From Octopus vulgaris (lineage: Eukaryota), in contig OX597826.1 in assembly GCA_951406725.2 (NCBI GenBank), positions 14,012,001 to 14,076,000 of the forward strand: a DNA stretch of 64,000 nt, given 5' to 3'. The position numbers and the translations under genes were made by a program. Below the pieces are notes generated by a model that saw only the letters and a list, made by a program, of their open reading frames with translations, did no database searches and was not told the origin of the DNA. Position 1 is the stretch's first letter, and each line of letters begins with the position of its first letter. This document shows, in pieces, positions 11,880 to 24,046 of this stretch.

Positions 11880-12650
11880 ATGTCCAACCCTGCTGTTTGC
11901 TCAGATGTATCGGACGCGGTCGAATTAAGTGAACAATTCAACCTCTATTTAAAACCCATTGCCCGGATAAATGTGTCCGTACAACTACCTCAGTTGAAAT
12001 GTCCTGGAAAGACAATTTCCAATTGGGAGGTTATGGAGAAAGTGAAAAACATGATCAAACCGCATATTTTTACATCGCTGAAAGTGACTAAAAGTACTCT
12101 CGAGTTTATTCGACTCGAGGGAGAAGCTGAAAACAAAAGCCATGTAAAGGTTCTATTATTAAAATTAGATGGTAAATCAATTAAACTTAGTGGATTTTCA
12201 GATACACTTCGTGTAAGGGCAGCTCCAGCCAAGATTCATTTCCCAACTCGCCACGATATGGCTTCTTACTTCAGAGATGCCAAGAATATCAACGAAATGA
12301 AACCCGGAGAAAGACCTGATACCGTCTACTTCAAAGATTTGCCAACAAGATGGTTTACTGCTCAGAACGACTCCAACAAAGACAAACCCAGCGAAACGGT
12401 ATTAAACTCTGTATTTAGTGTGTTTGGTGAAATCCGATGTATAGATTTACCGGTTTTAGATCCGTACCGAAAACAAATGACAGAATCAAAGCCAGGCACA
12501 ATACAAACGTTTTCATTTGGGCAAGATTTGACATTTGAAGCGTACGTACAATACAAGGAATATGTCGGTTTCATCAAAGCTATGGACTGTCTTCGTGGAA
12601 TGAAATTGATGTACAGGGGAGAAGACAAAGCGTTGACTGCGAATATCAAG
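11880..12650 (+). CDS. AKAP17A: A-kinase anchor protein 17A / splicing factor XE7, coding exon 1 (257 codons, RRM-containing region)
   Basis: MSNPAVCSDVSDAVEL..LYLKPIARINVSVQLPQLKCPGKTISNWEVMEK..MKPGERPDT..LDPYR..FEAYVQYKEYVGF matches the AKAP17A N-terminus. Donor AAG|GTAATT at 12650/12651, phase 0. Confidence 0.95.
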
Positions 12651-14300
12651 GTAATTATTTTTAGATCCTCAATTTTGCATTAAAGGTAAAAATGCTGTAA
12701 AGATAATGTAACATTTGAACTGAACTGTTTCACCGTATATAGTAACAAGCATAATTTTATTATTTTTGTAAGGGTCTATAAGCCCTAGCATTTTTTGTGT
12801 AAAATCAGTGTAATTTGGAAATTTTAAAGGAAGCTATTTCGTGAGAGTAACCAAAATTGTTCTGCTCCGAGGACGGCTGATAGTGGAAATGACCAACGTG
12901 TGTGAATTATTGATTTATTATTATTTGATAAAAGATATTTAAAAAATACCTTTATTATGGAGTTAATGAAATAAGTATGAAAAACGGTGATTATAATAAT
13001 AATAATAATAATTTAAAGTTGACTTACTTATATTGATTCAGAGTCGGAGAGATTTTCTGTTTACTTCGGTTAGTAAACAATACACACACTGTATTGTACC
13101 TATTTCATTTGCTTGAAGTATTTTAAGCTCAGATTATTTTGTAGGACTGAAAGGATAGGCAGGAAAAAACATTTCCGTATGGACTACATTCCGTCCCGAA
13201 ATGAAAACAAAGACTTCAGTGTTATCTCAATGGCCCATATGGTCAAGTGGTTTTAAAGTGTTATTTTTATTGGCAAATGTATGTTTATTGCTCGAGGCCC
13301 TTACCAGTAATTACTTGCATGGTATTGAACACGTATCTACAATATTGCCGTAGGAAAATGCCGCAGGGCAGTGTCCAGCATATTAAATATACATACAGAA
13401 AGTTCTCATATGTATAATAACATAGTGAGATGAAAAACTTAACTAAAATTAGATATGCAATTAGTTTTTTAAAAGAAGGGACACCCCTTTGGGTGGGGTG
13501 GGGGTGAAATTTAAAATAAACATTCAGGGGAGATAAGTAATTGAAATTTCAATTTACATCGAAGACGTTACAAGCCTAGTAGTAAAAACATCAGGCATGC
13601 TTCAGTCGTATTGGACCTTTTCAGTAAAACATATTCACACGAGTTGGCTGGGATAAAGTAAAATGTGCTTTGTCCATGGCTCCGATATAGAAATGTATAA
13701 AATTGTGTCCTAAGCCCCAAGGGATTTTCCAAGGTCAGGGCATAGTACTCTCTTACTTTGTTATGTATGGTCTTTAGCTATTTACTGGTGCTGTTTCTAT
13801 AATATTTACGATATAAGAGAAGAATTTTCAACTTAGCTCAGTTATTCCCAAAGTACTTCATAGTCAAGTAGTTTAATATTTCAAAGAGCATCTAGCCATG
13901 ACAATATGTGATGGCATAGTTATATGTTGAACAAACTCAAACGATGGAAAATTGTTATGAATTGTTTAAAAAAAATTTAAAGAAAGAAATTTAATGTAAG
14001 ATTTATAATCTTTTTTAAGGTGAAAATTATTTTCTCTGTTTTTGATATGATTTTCTCTTTTTAGGTAGGAGTTGCATGGATGCTTTCCTTGATTGCAAGC
14101 AGCTTGTTATAGAGAGAGGGTAAAATTTATATTAAATGTTCTTTATTTGTTGCTAAGACGAATGGTTATTCCTCGAGTAGATTTACTAAAAATAACCTCC
14201 CTTAAAAATAGCAACTTGCTTTGACTTAGCTTTAATTTATTGTCTTCCATAAATGAAACAGTGTATCTCTGCATTTAATTAATTCTCACTATTGTAACAG

Positions 14301-14449
14301 GTTGACTTTGATAAAACTAAACACCTCTCAGAGAAAGCCATTCGAGACAGGAAAGCTGAGCGAGAAAGATTACAAGCGGCAGAGAGGGAACGTGTTGAAC
14401 AAGAAAGACGGAAAAAGGAAGAGGAAATTAGGCAAAAGGAAAAAGAGAG
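14301..14449 (+). CDS. AKAP17A: AKAP17A coding exon 2 (149 nt)
   Basis: Acceptor ttgtaacag|, translation VDFDKTKHLSEKAIRDRKAERERLQ..., donor AG|GTTAGG, phase 2. Confidence 0.92.
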
Positions 14450-14580
14450 GTTAGGCCAAATAGTCATTTTTTGTTTATGCATTTTAAGTTAACGTTTGTT
14501 TGTAAACTCCTCAAAGAGCTTCCTTGTAATTTTGCTCACTTTTAATCTTAATTATCATTGGTCTTAGTAAAATAAAGTAA

Positions 14581-14812
14581 ATCATCATCATCATCGTCGT
14601 TTAACGTCCACTTTCCATGCTGGCATGGGTTGGACGGTTTGACTGTGGGCTGGCGAACCAGATGGCTGCACCAGGCTCCAGTCCTGATCTGGCAGAGTTT
14701 CTACAGCTGGATGCCCTTCCCAACGCCAACCACTCCGAGAGTGTAGTGGGTGCTTTTTACGTGCCACCGGCATGGGGGCCAGTCAGGCGGTACTGGCAAC
14801 AACCTCGCTCGA
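14581..14812 (-). mobile_element. RTE 3'-UTR fragment
   Basis: (cat)n tail plus the reverse complement of 27600-27800. Confidence 0.8.
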
Positions 14813-15339
14813 ATTCCTGGTTATTTTGTTATGGCTTTGACATCTGTTTTCCATGCTGGCATGGGTTGGCTAGTTCAACAGGAACTGGCAAGGTTAAGGA
14901 CAAGTTTCATAGTCTGGTTTGGTTTCTATGGCTTGATACCCTTCCTAATGCCGGCCATTTTATAGAGTGTACTGGGTGCTTTTTACATGGCATCAGCACC
15001 CACACCAATGCCTTTTATGTAGCACCTTTTAGCATCTCAGTTGTCTTGTGGTGGGCAACAGCTGGTTAAATGTATGAAATTTATGTTGAATTTTACAATA
15101 TTAACTTTAAAATGATGGCTGAGCACAAGTTGGTTGAGAAAGCAGTTGAGTATGATCGAGCATAAAATGAAAAAAATGGGCTGAAAACAAAGAAGCTGAT
15201 AAATGACAACTGACTGACTGAAACCCTTTCATTGCAACCCATTGAAGATTGCTCCTGTTTCTATGAGACAAATTGCCTGTTTTAATGTGATTTAATTAAA
15301 AACCTTCTATCAAGTTTCCATGCTAATTTATTATCCATA

Positions 15340-15737
15340 TAGGCATAGGAGTGGCAGTGTGGTAAGTAGCTTGCTTACGAACCGCATGGTTCCGGGTTCA
15401 GTCCCACTGCGTCGCACCTTGGGCAAGTGTCTTCTACTATAGCCTCGGGCTGACCAAAGCCTTGTGAGTGATTTGGTAGACGGAAACTGAAAGAAGCCCG
15501 TCATATATATGTGTGTGTGCATTTGTTTGTGTCTGTGTTTGTCCCCCCAACATCGCTTGACAACTGATGCTGGTGTGTTTACGTCCCCGTAACTTAGCGG
15601 TTTGGCAAAAGAGACTGATAGAATAAGTACTAGGCTTCCAAAGAATAAGTCCTGGGGTCGATTTGCTTGACTAAAGGCGGTGCTCCAGCATGGCCACAGT
15701 CAAATGACTGAAACAAGTAAAAGAGAGTAAAGAGTAT
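15340..15737 (+). mobile_element. SINE family A in AKAP17A intron 2
   Basis: Full-length match. Confidence 0.9.
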
Positions 15738-16090
15738 ATAAACACCTCAATATGAACAGTTATTGTATTGAATGCTTCGTTATTTTCAAAACTGAAACAA
15801 AATCGGTGTATTTTAAGAGGAAAAAGGTAACAAAGGTGTCGAACCACAAATATTAAATAATACTCATCTCACAAGTGAATGTACTGTAAATTGACAAGAG
15901 TTAAGTATAGACACCACCCCTACAAGCATTTTATCTTCTTGCTATTGTTGCTTTATTGGGCTTCTATTTTATGCTTCATTTTCTCCCTACCCTGGAGGTC
16001 TGCTGAACATCTGTCTCCGTCTATTTTAGAAGTTTATATTTTCAACCCCACTCACATAATTTTTACCCTTTAAAATCATTTATTAATATA

Positions 16091-16221
16091 TTAGGTTGTC
16101 CCAAAAGTTCGTAAACACTTGCGAAAATTGACTATAATAATATAAATCCAAACAAACAATTAAAAATTGCATAAAAATTCAAATTTTCGCGAAGTTTTTA
16201 CGAACTTTTGGGACAACCTTA
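16091..16221. mobile_element. Mariner-type MITE
   Basis: TIR ttaggttgtcccaaaagttcgtaaa / tttacgaacttttgggacaacctta with TA flanks. Confidence 0.8.
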
Positions 16222-16244
16222 TATTATATTGTTATTGAATCTGA

Positions 16245-16445
16245 AAGGCAGCAGGCTAGCAGAATTGTTAGCACACCGGGCAAAAAGCTTAGTGGCATTT
16301 CTGAGTTCAAATTCTGCCGAGGTGGACTTTGCCTTTCATCCATTTGGCAGTTGATAAAATAAGTACCAGTTGAACACTGGGGATCAATGTAATCAACTAA
16401 CCCCATCCCCTAAAATTGCTGGCTTTGTACCAAAATTTGAAATCA
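16245..16445 (+). mobile_element. Deu/Nin-like SINE
   Basis: gagttcaaattctgccgagg..ttgataaaataagtaccagttgaacactgggg. Confidence 0.75.
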
Positions 16446-16561
16446 TTATTAAGTCTGATGTATGTTAAATCATTGCATTATTAGTACTAAGTCCACTTTT
16501 GCTACTTTTTAAACATTGATCTTTGAATGTTACGGATTGGTGCCAATTAATTTAATTACAG

Positions 16562-16802
16562 ACTAAGAGTTGAATATGAGAAACGAGAAAAGGAGCGCAA
16601 AATTGCAGAGAAACTACAACAACAGGAACTGCGTCGGCGCGAGAGGGAAGAGAAACGTCGGCAGAAACAAATTGCTAAACGCAAGCGAGAAGAGGAGGAA
16701 AAAGCTAGTCTCAAAGTTGCCCAAGAGAGCCGTAAGCTGTTGATAACTCAACGTAAACTGGATTCTTTACGCTTAATGAATGAAATATTCAACAATGTCA
16801 AG
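16562..16802 (+). CDS. AKAP17A: AKAP17A coding exon 3 (241 nt, coiled-coil)
   Basis: Acceptor ttaattacag|, phase-compatible (R)LRVEYEKREKER...ESRKLLITQRKLDSLRLMNEIFNNVK, donor AAG|GTAAAA. Confidence 0.92.
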
Positions 16803-16879
16803 GTAAAATATCTTGTGACTTTTGTTTCACTTTTGTTTTCTTTCTCCTTTACAAACTCTTCTTCCTGAAAAAGATTTTT

Positions 16880-17398
16880 TAACTAGAACGGGTATGGCCT
16901 CGTAAGCCTGTAATGATATGCATAAGATCTGGTCATCAAATCTAAGTAGAGATTTCAAACTTAAAATCTTCAAAGCCACAGTCGAACCAATTCTACTATA
17001 TGGCTCAGAAACCTGGACGTTATCAAAGAAGCTTGAGAGGCGGTTGGATGGAACTTACACTCGCCTCCTTATGAGAGCTCAAAATCTCTCATGGAAGTGT
17101 CATCCAACCAAAGTGCAAATATATGGGAAACTATCACCTGTATCATCTCTTGTGAAAGGTAGAAGAGTCCAGTTTGCTGGACATTGTTGTAGAGCTGAAA
17201 ATGAGGTAATTTCTACTCTTCCCCTCTGGAAGCCATCTGCTCGCGATACCAGAGGGCGCACACTCTCCTACCCTGATGTAATCTCCAGGGATACAGGCGT
17301 CCAGCAACAGGACCTCCGTAATGCTATGATGGACCGTGAGGTCTGGCATAACAGTAAATTCCATTGTCTTGACCATGGTCGAACAATGAATGAATGAA
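16880..17398 (+). mobile_element. 5'-truncated RTE-group LINE (C-terminal part of RT ORF) in AKAP17A intron 3
   Basis: KLKIFKATVEPILLYGSETW..RRVQFAGHCCR..DREVW and an (atga)n tail. Confidence 0.88.
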
Positions 17399-17622
17399 AT
17401 GCGCTTGTGCAACAATTATTGGAAACTTTGTTGTTGTTTTTTTGTCAACTTCAGCCAATAATTTTTATCCATAACTAAATGATATTAAGAACTTCCTTTC
17501 TTCCTCTAGAATTCAGTCTAAATACTTCAGTCTAGGTTTTCTTTCTCAGGACTACAACCATCTAAACTTCCTTTTCTCCCTATACTTTTCCTCTCTGTCT
17601 CTAACGTGCTTCTGTTTTTCAG

Positions 17623-17916
17623 ACTGTGAAGATGAAAGAGAATGAACTCCAGCAGCAAGCGGCCCAGGAGAAGGAGAAACTGAGGCAAATGGAACTGAGC
17701 AAACTGAAGCAAATCGAGGAGGACAAGAAACGAGTCGAAGCCGAACTGAAGAAGCAGATGGACATGAAGGAACAGGAGCGAATACTCCGCGAAAGACTTC
17801 TTCGGAAGCGGCAAGCGGCTAAAGATCGACAAAAGGAGGAGAACCGCGAGGCTTTACGGATGAAACTTACTCAAAGTACTGTTCGCTTAAAGAGTGCGGT
17901 TGTCATGAAAAGATAA
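17623..17916 (+). CDS. AKAP17A: AKAP17A last coding exon
   Basis: Acceptor tctgtttttcag|, translation TVKMKENELQQQ...ERILRERLLRK...KSAVVMKR*. The spliced total is 484 aa. Confidence 0.88.
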   Translation, partial: TVKMKENELQQQAAQEKEKLRQMELSKLKQIEEDKKRVEAELKKQMDMKEQERILRERLLRKRQAAKDRQKEENREALRMKLTQSTVRLKSAVVMKR

Positions 17917-17935
17917 CACTGCCCTCGCCTGGCTT

Positions 17936-18161
17936 TTAAACCCTTTGGCATTCAGATCTCTCTGTCAAATGTAATGCTTATTTATTCATATTGTCTTGAA
18001 TTAATCAGGCGTTACTTCCTAGCTTCAAGATTCCAATGATGTAATTATTTTTAGAACAACATTTTAGGGTTGGTGTGAGAGGCCAGATCTAGCCAGTTTG
18101 AATGAGAAACAGGTAAAGACATTCGGGCTGGATGTGGCCAGTTTGAATGCTAAGGGGTTAA
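17936..18161. mobile_element. piggyBac-like TTAA MITE immediately after the AKAP17A stop codon
   Basis: ccctttggcattca ... tgaatgctaaggggttaa. Same family as 38653-39697 and 41144-41546. Confidence 0.75.
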
Positions 18162-21100
18162 CTGATACTTCCATCTGCAGAAATGAAAGGACAAACTATT
18201 TAAGATTAATGCTTATTTATTTTTGGTTGAAAACTTTGCAGTTTTACTTTTATGTATTATTTTCATTTCTAATTACCTTTCCAATTATAATCATTTATTT
18301 TCTTATTTGATTTTAAATGCCTGCATTGCAAATGAGAAAGTTCTGAATATATCGAGGCTGTTTGCTTGCTGGTTATGAATGACATAAGTTTCATGTGTGA
18401 GGCAAAGCACAGAGTTTTAATTTCATTAGTGAAAACTTGGTACCAACCCACTTCAACAAATGGATAGAAATATAAATATCAGACTGAATGATTCTCGTTT
18501 TAGAGGAGTTGATCTCAAAACTGTGAAAAATTAAATCATATTCCAGCTTCTATTTGACACTCTAGCACAAGAGTGTTTCCCTAATTTTCCCCTTTTTTGC
18601 TAAGTAATTAGGTGGAGAGAGGATAGTATTCAAAAGTTGGCCTCTTATCTGTTTTGCTATTGTGACTCCTACTCATAACAATAATTGTTCCAAAATGTGT
18701 AAATGCTTATCCAAATATATAAAATCCCTGCTTGCATTGAATCATAGATATGAATCGATCAAAAAGATAAAGGCCAAACCTCAAACTGAGATCCAAAGTC
18801 TAAGAATTTCATATTTTTTGAAAACTATGTTGTGTACATTATTTACATGGTTTGAACTATTTCACTAAGACTACATCAAGTTTTGTTTGAGGTCCATCTC
18901 ATTCTGTATTTCTTGAGAAAAACACAGCTTGGGAATTATTTTATTTGCAATGTTATAAAAACTAAATTTTATATAATTTTATTATGTTTCTTTTGCCCTA
19001 TTTGTAAGGTGTACAAGCTTTAAATACATTACATGTTAACAGCTAAATGTCCAAAATGAGGAATGGTAGAGCATCAGAAACAATCAAACTTAGATGCTGG
19101 ATACTGTTGAGGGTTTATTCATGATATGTGTTGTAATTAGGGAGTCCATTAGCTGGGATGAGTGTTTACAAGAATATTTATATGGATAATCCTTTGGCTT
19201 GGTAGTAACAATTTTCGGAAGTGCTAAATAATTCCACAACACTAAAAAGAACTTGTAACAGTTGTAACAGCAACAGGAAACGTTCAATCTGTAAATTCAA
19301 TGAAAATATTTATGAGACTTCTGTGCATCACATCTAATATGCTTAATCATTCAAAAGTCATTTTTAAGAACTTCACAATTTATATATTCCAAAGAACCAA
19401 TTTCAATACATAAAGATTATAAAGTAGCCAATTGATTTCCAGTTAAAGCTATTTCACTTGTTTTGTTGATATTTGTGAGATCAGTGTTAATCTTAGAACA
19501 ACACATTCACCCTTGTTTAAAATCTAAAGCTTTGTGTCTCTTTAAGAAATCAAGATCTCGCACACTGTAACATTCCAGAAACTTTTATTTCTGTATGTGA
19601 AGTTCCAATCTAGGGATCAAGTTTTTACTTTTCTTTTCATTATTGATGTACATGCGGTAACCAACATACTTAATTTTATTGGCCCAACTAAATGCAATAT
19701 ATATACACACACACATTCACCATAAGTATTTTGCCATTTGCTACAGACCTTACCTTGATCAGAAGTTAACTCCTTATAGTAGTTTATTTTATATTGAGCC
19801 TTTAAACTGGAATTTGTGGGGAACAAAACTGCAGTTATTCTCTTAATTATTAAATAACCTTAAGCTGACATTCAATATCACAGAAATGCTTTAACGTGCA
19901 ATATTAAGTATCAGTTTACTATATTCTTGGAAATAAGAATATATCAAATGGTTTTATAATTTGTTATATTATGAAAGCAGTTTTGAAAATTTCTTTCACC
20001 ATTGCCTTTTGTTTGTGGTATTTTATAAGATTTTTGGCCCATTTAAGAAAAAAACATTTTATTGAAGAACCTTTGGCGTGTTTCTTCTTTTCCACTTGAT
20101 TCCTCATTCTCTTATAGAATATTCTCACTTCCTTATGTCTAATTTGCAATTCCATTCAACATAAATTTTATAGAGAAAGCTTTGGAATTTAACATTCTTT
20201 TTTCATCCAATGCCACTTTTATCATTCCATTTTTCTATAAATTTCAAAGACCATATCATAAAAAATTTTTTTAAAAAATTTTCTTTACATTCACTTTTAA
20301 ATACTGGTATAAATATCAGGTTTCCTTCAAGACATATCAAACTACAGTTATTTCTGTTCTTTAGTGGTTAAAATGCTGTTTACACAGTGTTCCAACTGGG
20401 AACTCGAAATGCCTCTTTCTTGTAAGAACTTCAAATCCTGGCCATTTGTTCTGTAAATCGTTCTGTGTTTTTGTTGCACATCAGAAGTCTTGGGACATTA
20501 TTTTAGTTTGTGCTTAGGGAAAGAATCTCAAAGTGGAAAAAGTTCCATGCAGATTTAGGAAAGAAAAATTGGACAAATTGCTTTATATAGATTTTGGGGG
20601 TGTAGGTCAAATACAGACATGATAACACGAGAAAAAGAGGCTGTAACAAGTGGGTTAAGGTTGTGGTAGTGGTAGAAATAGAGATGGAGGGAAGTGAGAG
20701 CTCATCGGCTGTTTTCTTATTGAGCACAGGTGAATGAAGTCTTACCTGAATCAAGTTGCCATTGAGATAAGGTGTTAAAAGATAATTGTGCTGCATGTTT
20801 GAAACCTATATTGTGGCACGTGTGTAGAATTCGAGTGTGGAAGTGAAAAGACCAAAATTTATAGTAAATGTGTTTAAAAGAAATGAGAATAGTAGATGTC
20901 GTTCAAATTGTAATTTTGACCAATAATCAATGCCATTGATTCAATCCATGAGAATGTCTGAGTGTTTGCCACATTAAGATACTTGGCTGATCTATGTAAA
21001 AATGTAAATTGATTCAAATCTTCACATATCTATTGTTTTTTTGTTTTTTTTTTTTGTTCCAATAATCAGTGTCGTAAAGCACTCTTAACCTTATCTTTTG

Positions 21101-21171
21101 TGTTTCTATCTACAATTTGTTGACTGGGCTGTTCTCTAATAATTTTCAGATTCCTTATTACTACATATATA

Positions 21172-21390
21172 TTTCTTTACTACCCACAAGGGGCTAAACA
21201 CAGAGAGGACAGACAAATGGATTAAGTCGATTACATCGACCCCAGTGCGTAACTGGTACTTAATTTAACGACCCTGAAAGGATGAAAGGCAAAGTTGACT
21301 TCGGCGGAATTTGAACTCAGAACGTAGCGGCAGACGAAATACTGCTAAGCATTTCGCCTGGCGTGCTAACGATTCTGCCAGTTCGCCGCC
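21172..21390 (-). mobile_element. Deu/Nin-like SINE with ~21-bp TSD
   Basis: TSD ttccttattactacatatata at 21151-21171 and 21391-21411. Confidence 0.88.
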
Positions 21391-22377
21391 TTCCTTATTA
21401 CTACATATATACACATACTTTAGCTGGGACTGAATTCAGAAATGTATTTATTTCAAATGTGCATTGAGGATAAGTTTTAAAACTTTGCATTACGATATAG
21501 GTTAGGAGTTCAGTCCTACTTGCTGACCATATTATATAATTAAGAATATGGACATAGGATAGATATTAGACTGACGGAAATGTGGCTTAGGTCAGAACAC
21601 AAAAGCTGAGGTGATTTGTGTGAAAAACATGTAGTACTTGTAGCTTTTTAAAATGTATTACTATGATAATATTACTATAATATTGATGTATCCTTTTTGT
21701 TGGACTGGATTCGATTTTGATTGTCGAAATGCTATTTCAAATGTGTCTGATTTTGTACTGCAAAATATCTCTTCCTTTAGTGTCTGCAGTTGAGAGAGTT
21801 AGGTGTCGTCTCCAACATTATAGTATCATTGATAGACCATGAAATCGTACCCAACAGGGTGGGAGTTTAGTTAGTATTTCATCTATTTTTTTTTATTTTT
21901 TTTATAGTTATTCCACAGTCAAGTTGGTACAGTTTTCAAGACTCATAATGAACAGAAGTCATCACTAACAATTTCTATCATAGTTTTATGTAATGGATTT
22001 ATTAATTATCCTCAAGTACCACCAAACTAGATCTTCTAAATGTTTCCACCAATAAGGACAAATAATTATTTATATTTTCTTCACTTTTTATTTTATATTT
22101 ATAGTAAAAGAAAAACCAAAAAAAAACTGCAAAGTTATTTATTGAATTCATTTTTTTTTTATAAGATAAATTTTAACATGGAAGTTATTTTTTTATAAAT
22201 GATGACATACAATTAACTAATTAACTTGTTAATTGTGATCAGAATACATGATTGTGAATCTGCATCTTCCATAATGATTGTCAACCTTTCAGACATACTT
22301 GCCTAAATATCTGGTTTAAAAGAAACCGTAACTGTATATACCTGTTATGTATTTCTGTATATAAATTCATAAGGAAT

Positions 22378-22383
22378 AATAAA
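22378..22383 (+). terminator. Candidate AKAP17A polyadenylation signal
   Basis: AATAAA preceded by TGTA motifs and followed by a T/GT-rich tract, at the end of a 4.5 kb repeat-poor segment. Confidence 0.4.
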
Positions 22384-22715
22384 ATTTTATTGTATTTTCA
22401 ACTCTGTTTTATATTATTTTTTTATTTATTAGCTTAACCTGGAAGAAGGGGCTGTGTTCAAGGCCTTTGCAGGCCCTCGAAAAAATAAATATGATCCCCC
22501 TAGTCGCCACTCTGTTTACTATTTCAGCCTCGCCTCGTTTTTGCATATTCTGTATAATTCACTAGTTATCGTTATAGATATTTAGGTTCTATCTCCCTTA
22601 CAGGGCTGATTAGAAATTGGCTGCCGGTTCTTCGCGGCGCGCCCGCCCTACCCACCCCCACCACCAATACCGGATATCTCTATTTTGCTCCAACTATACC
22701 GGATGTCGTTTCTCC

Positions 22716-23192
22716 CACCATTATAGGTGTCTACTCTTTGAACCCCTCTCTTCAATACGCTATTTCACCATGCATTACCCCTCTCTCGATATCCTACGTT
22801 CTACTTGCCTAGAACCTGTCCTCTGAACCACCCCTCCCACTGGTGCTCCCCCATATTTCTGCACCCCCCCACCACCATTATAGGTGTCTACTCTTTGAAC
22901 CCCCCTCTTCAATACGCTATTTCACCATGCATTACCCCTCTCTCGATATCCTACGTTCTACTTGCCTAGAACCTGTCCTCTGAACCACCCCTCCCGCTGG
23001 TGCTCCCCTATATTTCTGCACCCCCACCACCACCATTATAGGTGTCTACTCTTTGAACCCCCTCTTCAATACGCTATTTCACCATTTCACCATGCATTAC
23101 CCCTCTCTCGATATCCTACGTTCTACTTGCCTAGAACCTGTCCTCTGAACCACCCCTCCCACTGGTGCTCCCCTATATTTCTGCACCCCCCC
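22716..23192. repeat. Tandem array, 3 x ~157-158 bp
   Basis: ttataggtgtctactctttgaaccc recurs at 22721, 22878 and 23036. Confidence 0.92.
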
Positions 23193-23202
23193 ATAAAAAA
23201 AA

Positions 23203-23440
23203 AGCACCATCCGAACGTGGCCGATGCCAGACCCCTCTGGCACCTGTGCAGGTGGCACGTAAAAAACACCCACTACACTCGCGGAGTGGTTGGCGTTAGG
23301 AAGGGCATCCAGCTGTAGAAACACTGCCAGACTAGACTGGAGCCTGGGGCAGTCCCGAGCTCTCCAGACCCCGGTCGAAACCGTCCAACCCGTGCTAGCG
23401 CGGAAAACGGACGTTAAACGATGATGATGATGATGATGAT
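23203..23440 (+). mobile_element. RTE 3'-UTR fragment
   Basis: gtggcacgtaaaaaacacccactacac..ggaagggcatccagctgtagaaac..(gat)n. Confidence 0.8.
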
Positions 23441-23444
23441 ATAT

Positions 23445-23612
23445 ATATTTTCAGATTTTATGGGTGTCTGCCAAGTCAGCTGCCAGACGTCGGAGTTTCA
23501 ACGTATCCATGCCCAGGGAAGTAAGGCGTTCAGAATATGGCAAAAGCCTGATGGAGGTTATTCTCTTGGTTGCACGTCGCTGAACGGCTTCCAGACGATT
23601 AATATCCTGGGC
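23445..23612 (-). mobile_element. CR1-type LINE C-terminal fragment
   Basis: Minus strand reads QDINRLEAVQRRATKRITSIRLLPYSERLTSLGMDTLKLRRLAADL. Confidence 0.75.
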
Positions 23613-24046
23613 CTCTTCTTTGTGAGGGTCAGCATCTTGAGATCAGTTTTCACCACTATGCTCCATCTCCTGGACCTAATTCTCCCACAAGCACAATTTA
23701 CTAGCGCACAGCATTTGAAAAACATTTTCTGCAGCAGTTGTTATCCATACAAAAGTAGGCTCTAATCAACACAGTTTTCTCCCTTGTGGCACAGTCTTCT
23801 CCCTTGTAAACCAGATTTAATTTCTTATTGATGTGCACTGACTTTACACATTCGTTTATTTCTTTCTGTTCCTCACAAATCCTTCTGCAGTACTATTTAA
23901 GGAGAGTGGTCCCGGTGCGCGTACTCGCGCATCCGTGCTAGCTAGTCGTGACTAGTCGATCCTACAACGACTACCTAGCAAAGTAAATAAAACAAAAAAA
24001 TAATTTTTTTTACACAAAGTAAATAATATTTTTTAAAACAAAGTAA

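Noticed and set aside
17527-17832. Antisense ORFs over AKAP17A exons (also 11990-12232, 12362-12649, 14279-14482)
   Set aside because: Shadow frames of the real coding exons.
22716-23192. Regularly spaced repeats as a CRISPR-like array
   Set aside because: Whole units are repeated with no unique spacers, the context is eukaryotic, and there are no cas genes.
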